64,000 bases of DNA from Ptychomitrium polyphyllum (taxonomy: Eukaryota). The first letter of the stretch is position 1. Each line of letters opens with the position of its first letter. The position numbers and the translations under genes were made by a program. Location: the NCBI GenBank assembly GCA_973851085.1, contig OZ316775.1, forward strand, positions 13,082,001-13,146,000, given 5' to 3'. Shown here piece by piece: positions 53,401 to 64,000 of the stretch. The notes beneath the pieces are model-generated. The model made no database searches, was not told where the DNA came from, and worked only from the letters and a program-made list of their open reading frames with translations.

Positions 53401-55085
53401 GGACCACGGTACTGGAAATGATGGTAGAGGAAATGCCAGGTGGTGAGGGAACGTGGAGCCAAAAGCAAGCTAGCGTGCAGGAAAGCAGCACAAGAAATAG
53501 GAAGATTTGGTCAGATGAGGTATTCCAGGGTCACATCATCCACCCAATTTCTTCCCACTCCCTTTGGGCTCATTCTCATGAGCTCGGGTCCATCCAAGAC
53601 CACCAGATAGTTCAAATTTCCTTACTGGCTAGCCTCTGAATGTTTTTTCCACTGTTTTTTCCTCTCACCGTGTACATTTTGCTTGGCAGATGTACCAGGC
53701 TTGCAGTGATAGTTTTTTGCATTTTCTGAAATTTGTGAAAAACATGTAGAAAATTAAAGTTGAAGATTAACTAAATGATCAAATTAAAAATAAAACCCTG
53801 AAGAGCAAGTTTAATAATCTTTATAATTGTATAGGATGTGATTGTATCATTGCAAGGATGAATATAAAACACAATCACAATTTTGTAATGTTATCTTTGC
53901 AATAAATTGCATCAGATTGAATTATATTTGGATTTGGATGAAATCATCACTAAGAATCAATGTGATTGCTTATGTTGATCTTTTGATGATGTGATTGCAC
54001 TGTGACAGTTGACACAGCATTGCATGTTACTTTGCATTACATGGATGATTGGAATGAAACCACGGAACCAAAGCACACCTTTCGCATGAGCCAGCATGCC
54101 AACTGACCCATGCCACATAATTTGGTCACCTTATATGGACCACCTATGAGGCCAAAGAACTCCCAGGCCAGCATGAATCAAGCATCTTTGAAGCCAAACC
54201 TAAGGCACAAAATGAGGTCAGTAGCATCTATATGATTGAGTTCTATTTCATGAAATCATACTTCACATGCCATATCACAGGATTCAGAAAGAAAGTCAGT
54301 GGAGAAATTATAATGTGGACAGGCCAAAAACCAAAATAAATTCATTGTCATACAAATAATCTAATTCATGGGTATATTGTGGTGTGCAAAATTTGTTTGT
54401 CACAGGCAAGTGGCCAAGAACAAACTTGCAACAATGACAACTGTGAAGATACTTCAATGCAGGATATGCATGTTCAAAAAGTATCTTTATATCAAGGAAG
54501 GTGATAATCAAAACTACAGTAGACCATAAAAGGTCAGTCAGGAATCTATTACTGTGGTGCACTAGAAGATGGTCACCTACAGTGTTCTGTTATTGAGCAT
54601 CAATACTGCCTAGCATTCAGCACGGATACAGAAAGCCTTGCATTATTATAACAATCATATCCACTGTGAAAACACTAAATGGAAGGTGACCACTGGATGT
54701 CAAAAAGTGGGTGAAGGCATAATCAAAGCTACAGAAATACCTGGAAAAGGTAAGTCAAGTCAACTGATTGTCAAGAATCGTTTGCAGATAAAAGTCCATC
54801 TTCATGTAGTCAACCATCCAACATTTAGATAAATCCTTGCTAGAATGCACTAGGTTTTTGCTACTAAACTGGTAGTTTGGCAATTCTGGTGGCTGTATGG
54901 AAACAAAAATAAGAATACATGACCATTTATACTGAAGTCAGACAACTTCTAAAGCAACATGAGGACTTCAAGTTATTAATTACATTTTCTGAAGTTTGCT
55001 AAAGCCAGCAGCACATGAAAGTGTATAGAAGAATGATGCACACAATGATGTACCATAATTTATGTACAAGAATTGCTACAGTCAG

Positions 55086-58000
55086 TCAGGTTTGTCCCAA
55101 AAGAGATCTTATACTCCACTTTGAAGCCTGCAAGGTGTTTTCTTCTAGCACTATAGCAGCCCGAAGTTGTTCAACCACTATTCTAACGTCTGGACGACTT
55201 TCGGCTGAAGTCTCTAAGCATTTCAAAGCAAGAGTAACTACAGCCCTCACCGATTTTGGATTGTATGCCCCACCCAATTTTGAATCTACAACTCCTTTCG
55301 GACCATTGGATTTCCATTGTGTCTTCACCTGAAAGTCAATAGTAATCCACATCCAAATTTGAGAGTAAAGCAAGGTACAGATATTTGTCATTAGCACAGA
55401 GAAATTTGAGCTCCTGTGCCACGTAACAAGCAAGTCTTGACCATATCAGGATTACGATCTGGAAAGAAATTTGCTCACCCAGTCTCCAATAAATTTCACA
55501 TCAGCTTTTTTTTCAATTGGATTACGCCCTGTGATAGTTTCTAGAAGCACTACACCAAAGCTGTAGATGTCACTCTTCTCAGTCAACCGAGCCGTTTTGT
55601 AATACCTATGAAGCTCATCAACAATTCCAGGTTGACCAATTACTGCACGAGGAGGTGGTGGTTGAGACAAATTAACAGACCCACAAAGTCATTACAGCAA
55701 AGTTCTAAAAAATCGAATCAGTCATATGAGCCATGTGCACCAGTAAAAAAGGTGCGTAATATAGAAGATAACGGGATTTTTCTTCTTGCTATGCACATTA
55801 TTGTTTGATGGATCCTTCACAATCCAAGAGAATGACAGAATTAGGGAAAAACTAATAGTAATGCAAAGTTTAGGTTTAACGATGCTTACTCAGGGTCGAG
55901 ATAGCCAGGGGTTCCTTTGACCACAGTGCTAATGTGTGTTTGGTTTTCATTCTCGTCCTCTAATCCAATTTTTGACAGACCAAAATCAGCAACTTTTGCA
56001 GTAAAGTTCTTTGTGAGAAGGATGTTGCTACTTTTGATATCACGGTGGATAATCCTTGGAGCACATCCAGTATGCAGATACTCTAGACCTGGAACATCAA
56101 CCATTCCACGAGGATATCAATTGCGCACTTATTCAATCCCACTGATGCATGCGGTTGACCACTAAGATCCACAAGCTCACAATTTACAACAACATACTTT
56201 TATACGAGCTTATCAAAACTATGGCATCCATTGACATATAAAGATATGAGTAAGTTTCTAAATTTGTTCCAAATAACATACCACACGCGGACTCCAAACT
56301 GACTTTGAGTCGGGTTTTCCAATCGAGAAAACCCCAGTTTCCTGCATTCGGAGTTGCACAAATCAACATGTAAGAGATCCCTTTGCCAACATATTCCAAA
56401 AGAAAAATCTCAAGGACTAATGAATGGCAATTTGAAGGATTACTTCCTCTGTTTGAGAGCAGCAACTCACCATGAATGTGATCCCATAAGGTTCCTTCTT
56501 CAGCATGCTCGTAAACCAAAACTCTATCGCTACCCTCTTGGCAGTACCCTACCAGCTTCACCAAATTTACATGATTCACTCTTGAGAGAAGATCCATCTG
56601 GTTCATACACAAAGATTGATGATCAGGGTCATGAACGCCAGGATTCAACTAAAGTCATAGTACTCTGCCAAGAGCAACCTAAAATGTATCAAAGTAAGAG
56701 TTCACACCTAACCCTTTATCACTGACCAAAAGCCAATGTCGCGCGTGTGCATATATGGACACATGTTCCTAATACCTTAGAGGAATGATGTAGGATTGAG
56801 TTACCTCGTTAAGAAACTCCAAGTCTCCTTGACGAGAGTCATCATCGAGGATTTTGACTGCGACTTGCTTGTTGCTGGGCAATACACCCATGTACACAGG
56901 ACCAAATCCACCTCTTCCAAGTAATTGGTTATTGGCAGCTTTAGTCATAGCTGCAACATCATCCCATGAGTAGTTTGCAAGAAACGGTTGTGCTAATACT
57001 CTACATGGCTGTACTCCTGCTCGGCTTGCTTGTACTCCTGCTCTGCTTGCTTGTACTCCTAGTACACTGCTTATTTGTGGTACTCTGCTAAGGCACGGCT
57101 TGGAGGAGTTGTTAGCCGCTTCGAGTCTAGAAGATTCACTAGAATACTCAATCGCAAGTACGTCACAATGCTCTGCGGTTTTTTAAGTCAAAAGACACTT
57201 AGCACTCCCACAAGCCAAGTACAGTAGAATGAATCCTCACGACAATGATGAGAATAAACCACAAAAACTCGGGTAAAGGTCCAGCTCTGCAGGTGCATCA
57301 TTACAAAAGAAAGGGCTTCAGGCTATGAACTTAAAGAATCCAGATTTACACTATGATGGAATACAACTTAAACTTTGAAACCGCATGCATCAGTAAAAGA
57401 AGTATGTATGAAGAGTACAATCAAAATATCTTACGTTTGGTACTTCCGACGGAGGGTTGTTCAATCCAGTCCGACATGAACTGTAAAAGCTCTGTAAAAA
57501 ATTATAAAAGAGTAAATTTGGCTTTAAGAGTACCATTTGTGAACCATTTATTGCATCTTCTCATATTTCTAGCAAGCACAACCGTCAGCTAAGAGTATTG
57601 TGTAGTAAATTTGACAAAACGACCCTTTATTGAAAGTTACAACAAAGTTTACGAAATCCACGCTTTTCATGAAGCAGAACTTGTTGCTAACTACACAATC
57701 TTGAAACACCACCTGCATAAGCATCCAACACACGGCATAATAAATGCAATTGTAGGAGAGTGAAAAATGGTACCATACTTGGATTTTCCACTGAGCTTGA
57801 AGTGCTGGTGGATTGGTTAGAATATCTTCTTAACGAACAGCTAGAATCATCCATAGTGGAACTGCCTTTGCCTAAACCAGGATCGCTTGAAATTTTTTTG
57901 GAGTATGTTTCGGCAACCTGCAAGAAGTCGTAGTGCCCTACGATACCCCAAGCAACAAGGTTCACGGATGTGAGCAGGCGGACGACGACGGCAGTTTGCA

Positions 58001-58672
58001 CGAAAATTGCATGAAAGAACATGGTTGGCGAAACTTGAGAGGATGTAATTTGAGAGCTATACCTGGCTCTACCTCGAAAGGACTGCTTGATTCTGTGCCT
58101 CTTGGCGAGCTTGAATTGTTTTCTGAGTCTAACTCCGTTGCAACTAAGTTCAACATAACACATAAGACAGTTACAAATCAATATGAAGAGATGTTAAAAG
58201 AATTGCACCGATATCGCCTACCATAAAAAAATACAAGCTTCGCACGTTTGTAGCGGTTTCTAGCAAATGGTTGCTAACATCGCACATCGAACTGTTTACC
58301 TGACGATTCACGATACTCCTCAATCGATGCGCACTCATCTTCGCGCACTACTTCACAGGGCGCTGCCAAGATACAACTGTGTTGGTTAACACATTGCAAG
58401 TGCCATATTGTCTGCAAGAGCAGTACCGCACGACCTTGAAGTCTGATATCTACAATGTATCGGAATCAGGACATAAAACCACCAAATCTAATTGAAAGGA
58501 TTAAGTAGAAGGCCTTACCTGAAGGCATAGTACTCTCACTAGATTTCAACCCATCAAGATGCCCATCCTCCACAAGATCACATTCATCTGTCACTAACCA
58601 GTCTTTGGTAATCCTGTTGAGTATGCTGTCCATTTTGCGCTTCAATGGAACGTTATATGAGAGGTCACTCAT
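55086..58672 (-). CDS. Receptor-like (RLK/Pelle) Ser/Thr kinase with LRR-I-like kinase domain and Ser-rich N-terminus; no ectodomain or TM seen
   Basis: Kinase exons: ~56804-57172 ([13 protein letters not shown]...VAVK), 56471-56597, 56282-56341, 55890-56088 ([23 protein letters not shown]), 55479-55605 ([13 protein letters not shown]), 55086-55328. Upstream small exons near 57435-57492, 57777-57917, 57990-58145, 58279-58350 and 58518-58672 are less certain. Confidence 0.85.
57010..57060 (-). repeat. In-frame 21-bp tandem repeat (2.4 copies) just N-terminal of the kinase domain
   Basis: tgtactcctgctc(g/t)gcttgct x2 + tgtactcct, encoding [17 protein letters not shown]. Confidence 0.85.
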
Positions 58673-60288
58673 TTCTGACCAGCTCCCATGCACTAAAGGA
58701 ATGTGGGCAACTCAGATTAATTTACCACCTGAACACACATTCAATGATAATGATTAAGTGTAAATATGAAGTTCAAACAATGGAGAGTAAACGTGCACAT
58801 CCTGGTTAAAGAATTAGGTCACGACCCATGTGCCTTTACTTCAGAAAACTACAAAGTTCCCCCAACGCGGGCGGAACAATTTTCAGAAGCAGAAACATAA
58901 GAAAAGATAGGAGTCAGGCGATGACTGGAGTAACTCTACTAGATCAGAAGTGTACTAACTCATCCTTTCAGAAATGTTATAGAGAAACAATTACACGACA
59001 ACTTAAGTCACGGAGGTTACTCACAATCTGCTCAGGAACGCTTCAACAACGCAACTCATGTGGAGTCAAAAACGTTCCAGTTCTTCACTCTACGCAGACC
59101 CGCGTGCGGTCGCGTTCAGTAACCATAAGTCCTTGAGGGACGCGGCTCCGAACCTAAAGAAAGGCAGACACTCAGCTCAGCTTACCGATGACACCGCGGT
59201 GCTGGAATGGTGGATCCCCGCAATTACGAAATCTTGCACGGCACACTTGCCAGACAGAAGAGGAGAATCGGGGTGGGCTCCACGCACTGTAGTCGGTAAC
59301 CTATAAAAGGAAAGGAAAGCCTATATTTAGAGTATTTCCAACTTGGTGCATGTAAAGTACTAATTTAATTCACAAGTTGCAACACTGCTTGGAGACTGGA
59401 GTAACCTTGATTCTTTCGGTCTGGTGCACTTCGCGTTAGCATTAACATCAAGTCTGCACCGACGAAGTGTGTTATGGTTTACTTTCTTATTCAATATATA
59501 ATACCGGAACACCGTACCACCTGGAGATGATGATCTAATTGTATTATTGTGATGCTTCAAAGTCGAGAGTAAATATATAAAACCTGGATTAGAGGTTTTC
59601 GAACTGTGAGGGACTTTTATGCATCCCAACCACTTGATTATGGTTCATGCGGCAACGGGCTTGATGGTGCCAGAAAGGGTTGTACCCAACCATCAAAATA
59701 GCTACGTTTACAGAAATTGTTAGCTCAGGAATTCCTTCTTACTTAAAAAAGTTCAGGTGGATACAGGTCACAAGAAAGAAGTCAATAAGAGACTGATTTC
59801 AAATAAATAAACACATGAAGAACGTCACTCGCCTTGAATCTATCAAATTACGAATTGGCCCCTGAAGTTTGGGGAGCCTAAGCCAGAAAATCTTAAATAT
59901 ACCTCAGTGGATGCTGAAGCGTGCAGGATTTCTACCGAAGCTGTATCTTTTGGTAATTTGTCAATAAGAAACAAGGCCCAGTAAATCGGTATGTCTCTCA
60001 CAGTTCTAATTTCTGAGACTCTCCAATGAACGGACTAATCGAAGTCCCAGAAATTTCAATTTAAGTGTTCGAATGTGCGAAAATGCAAACCACAAGCGTC
60101 ATCCTAATCGTCCAACTGTGGCAAGCACTTTTATTGCAGATGCCAATCACTTGGAAGTAGTAACAACTGCCCATATGCACTGGAAATCACAAATCCAAAT
60201 AGATTTCGATTGAGAAATAGCACTACCTCAGCATCAAGGTGATTGCAGACATCCCTGCAAGTGCGTATACAAAGCAAACACTGTGAGA

Positions 60289-62161
60289 TCAATCTTGGGA
60301 CCTTATCTCGACAAGCTCCACCGAATTCGACAAAACTGACAGTTTCGATGCAGGAAGGAAGTCTGCAGCGTCAAGAAGTTGAGTGCATTGCAAACCCCAT
60401 TTCACCATTAGATATTCAATGGACCTGTGCCCGCTGCAAGTCACATAAACGTCGTTAACCCTTTGTGGTTGCACTCGAATATATATGCAGACAGGTAATC
60501 AATACAACTCGTAAAAATTGAAGTCCAAATTATCGTTTACTTTGTTAACATGCTCGCTGTCTCTCTACAATACTACTGACACAGTGTGGTCTTGCTTGTG
60601 GAGCAGGAAGTCATTCGAAACAAAATGAGCAACCAAATATGCCTTCCTTTACTCCTACCACTCAAACTGACGGGATGCAAACAGAGAACAAACCTCCGCG
60701 GTTGATATGTCGTGATGAAGACAGAACCTGGCATTCCTTGCAGCAAGAACTTGACGGTGGCAAGTAGGTCATCAAAGTCTGCAAAAATATAGTCTAAAAG
60801 CATGAATAGCTGGACTTCAATAAGCTGGCTCATGTTCGTTTCATGATATATGCAGCTAGTAACTTGAACTTGTAAGCTACTCGTTGCAAGAAATAGCCCA
60901 TAAGATTCCAACTTCAGAATGAAAAATTTTCGAACCCAAGAAGAAAAAGCACTAAGCACCTTTACTAGCATACAGAACGTCTGCACCCAGAACAACCTGA
61001 GCAGGGTGTAATAGAGAGAAAGATTTATCATTCCACTGGCCCCAAGTTAACCCTTGCATCTGAAATCACAATATGACAAGCTCGAACATCAGTGACATAG
61101 TTGAACAGATGTACACAATGGTCTCTTGGACTATACATTCCTTGCCAGACCAAGCCTCAAATCCATGAATGAACTGGAAAATCTCAAGACCTGACAACCG
61201 AAGTATCTTACAATTTGCAGGAGAGAAGGTAGCAATACTCCCTCACGTTAAATAATCTCGAAGTGGTGACCAAATTCGACAACAGAGGGGGCGGCGGGAC
61301 GTAGGCGTACCTTACAGCTGACTTGATTCAAGTCGCACGTCTTTTGCATGTTCTCGAAGATCTAAAAGAACACAAACACATTCGGAACCTTTAGTCATAA
61401 GACCACACGACACTTTACGTCAACAGCTTTGACATAGTTATTCGAGCCAACTATAACAGCGAACTCCTTCCTGATAACTGTAATTGTAACTTGAAAGATC
61501 ATACCTGGGGCTGATCTTCCCGATCCGTTAACACGACAAAAGCTCCAATTTTTGCGGCCACTATGCCCGGCAGCGCGGTACCTGCACCCAACTGCATTAT
61601 TACCCTCAGAAAACAATAGTTCACATGTGGAGTTCTTGGCAGGACATAGAAAAACCGGTGAAATGACCAACAGACAGCAGTCTGAGAGAATTCTTGATGC
61701 TTCATACTCACCTCGACAACCCTAGCACCGGCAAATCGGAGACGATTCTGCCAAATGTATTCTGCCAACACAACGCTGCATGGCCACACATAGAGCCCAT
61801 ACTCCTCTTGCATCACCTGCATCAACCCGAACATGGACGAAACAAGAAAACAATGTATCGTGTATAGAAAAGCTTTGAAGATTAAAAATAGTAACCGAGA
61901 ATTCACATCCCTCGAAATGGCGAAGGAAATAAAAAAAACCATTCCCCAACAAGCTGCGATCGAGCGGCGAGCCACTCGCTTGACATCCTCCTTTTTCCTA
62001 CTCTAAACTCAATTACAGAGGAAAGAAAAGCACACCTCAGAGCAAGAGATCGTCAAGAGCTGCGAAGTCCCAGCATATTGAAAGTGGTGCTCGGAGACAG
62101 TCCTCATAAGCCCATCTTCCCGTTCCCGTTTATTCGATTTCTTCGTCATCTTCTCCGCCAT
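60289..62161 (-). CDS. SAM-dependent protein methyltransferase, family 16 (METTL23-like); 7 coding exons
   Basis: YGLYVWPCSVVLAEYIW, VVELGAGTALPGIVAAK, VVLTD, GLTWG, VLGADVLY, FDDLLATV, ITTYQPRSGHRSIEYLMVKWGL. Confidence 0.88.
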
Positions 62162-62479
62162 AGCTACATCCTCATTGCAAAACAATAACAGAGCCCAATC
62201 CTCGCAAGGACGAGTATATACTAAGGCCCATGAGAGATAATCTTCACCTCTTAGGAAAACCGAAACGAAGCCATTCCAGTTTCGTTCCTTCTTGGGAGCA
62301 AGACCCAGCTTCAACCTAGATGAGAGGATGTCAATGTACCTAACCCATAGATTTCAGCTCTTTGCGCGAGCTGAAAGGTGATGAGCCCAAGTTTTTCAGT
62401 TCGGCACAATCATGGACCGCGCCCAAGAGCAGGCTTGAGAAGGAATTGCAGACTCGAAGTGGAGATTGTAGGATTCATC

Positions 62480-63939
62480 ATGGCAGTTTCTTCAGCGCTC
62501 TCCTGTAGCGCCTTTGACTGTTTTTTGAGTGCTGGCCCCTCTCGCCCTTTCGTCGTTGGGTTGCCCGGGCATGGACAGCAATGCTGTCCACTCAAGACAG
62601 TTCAGATGGTTTCGGATAACCCGTCCTGGGGCAGAGCGAAGCTGACGGTCGGGAGCGGGAGAGTTCAAAGGAGGAGGACGTTGGTGGCAACTGCTGCGGT
62701 GAAGGAAGGAGTCGCGGTGGATGCCAATGCTCCTCCGCCTGTCCTCGTCGACACGCTCCTCACTTTGGTACGCCCATCTTCCTCACCTTCTCTTATCTGA
62801 TCTCGCAACTTAACGGGGATGCAGAAGCTTTCACTTCTCACAGGACGAGGTTAACTAAACGCAAGCCGTACGCTATGTTGTTTGTTTACCATTTCAAGCG
62901 ACAAGTCGCATACATTTTTTACAGGTTAGGATTGGATGTGGTGTGCACGTAGTTTAAGAATATGAGTGCGCACAGCGCTTACACGAAATATTGCAGTTAT
63001 AGACGGTGGAATTCTGTATAGGTGGAGGGCACTGACCGAGGCACACAACTTGGCGAGCCAGAGAAGCGTGCGATTGACGAGATCGTGGCCAAATTGGAGA
63101 TTCTGTGCATCCCGGAGCCTCTTTCCAGTCCCCTGTTATTTGGAGGTATTGCAAATGCCTCTCAACCCTAAACCCCACGAATGGCAAGCTTAACTGGTTA
63201 CGGAATTCAGTTTTGCACTTCCAGCTTGAATTGAAATGTAAATAGTAGATATTAATGTGTCATGAGTTACAGCTCGCCAGGCATTTAGTTGAATGATCTG
63301 GATGTTGAATCGTTGGTTGTGCAAATTGTGGGAGTAAGATTGGGAAGTAGCATACAGCAGCAACCCAACGGCACCAGGCGGGTACTACCGAAGCATGCTT
63401 GGGCGTGCAGTGCTTAAGACCAGAGACATGGTGCAGAGCATCAATGCCCCTGATGGCATCACCAACAAGGTTGCTTTTGCTGCCTTCGGCCTTCTAGACG
63501 GCCAAGTGACATTACAAGGTTTTTGTCTTTCACATCCTCCTTATCACATTCTTCCATCACATTATGCCATTTTTCTCTCATTTGCAGCAGGCAAGTGCAC
63601 TAAATCTTCCATTAGTGTGAATGTAAGTGATTATTAGTGAAAGATTTTAGTGAATTTTTATCAACCACTTTTGAGATCTTTAAAATTTAGCCCTTTTTAT
63701 TCAATAAACTGGTATTTAGGTCTGTTTTTGCACTTGGTGAATGTGCAGGAAAATTGACAGCTTTAGGTAAGAAGTGGGTGGAAGTAGTGTTCGAGCCTCC
63801 GCTAGTAGAGTTAGGATCACTGAAGATACAGTACGGAGGCAGCAGTAATGTAAAGTTAGCAATTCTTTACCTGGATGAGGTTGTGCGGTTAGGCAGGGGC
63901 TCCAGAGGATCGCTTTTCATCTTCAAACGACGCACATGA
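62480..63939 (+). CDS. FBN6: Plastid lipid-associated protein / fibrillin, FBN6-like; 4 exons, N-terminal transit-peptide-like region
   Basis: MAVSSALSCS... transit-like start; VEGTDRG...LCIPEPLSSPLLFGDWEVAYSSNPTAPGGYYRSMLGR...KTRDMVQSINAPD...FGLLDGQVTLQGKLTAL...WVEVVFEPP...YLDEVVRLGRGSRGSLFIFKRRT*. Confidence 0.88.
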
Positions 63940-64000
63940 GTACGTCCTCAACCGTTGACGTAGCTGTGAAGTATGTCCATAACTTAGACCCAAGTCATTT

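Overview
Eukaryotic, intron-rich land-plant genomic DNA; the gene families, intron style and AT-rich intergenic blocks suggest a moss of the Physcomitrium type (inference). No prokaryotic features, CRISPR arrays, rRNA/tRNA genes or intact transposons were found. Nine spliced protein-coding genes can be assembled by hand: a class A auxin response factor (+, 2785-9871), a convergent CYP78A P450 (-), OEP80/Toc75-V (-) head-to-head with OEP37 (+), an AT-rich trihelix (Myb/SANT) factor (-), a PLATZ factor (+), a receptor-like cytoplasmic kinase (-), a METTL23-like methyltransferase (-) head-to-head with fibrillin FBN6 (+). Most interesting observations: (1) a 223-nt two-duplex fold-back with many G:U pairs (782-1004) that looks like a pre-miRNA, just upstream of the ARF; (2) the trihelix ORF splices in frame to a terminal exon with two transmembrane segments, suggesting a membrane-tethered trihelix transcription factor; (3) a beta-barrel insertase (OEP80) and one of its beta-barrel clients (OEP37) appear to share a very compact bidirectional promoter; (4) a probable CUG start for the PLATZ gene; (5) a G-homopolymer frameshift that removes the conserved-looking ...LDY* end of the ARF. 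All gene models come from reading the sequence by eye; no database searches were run.
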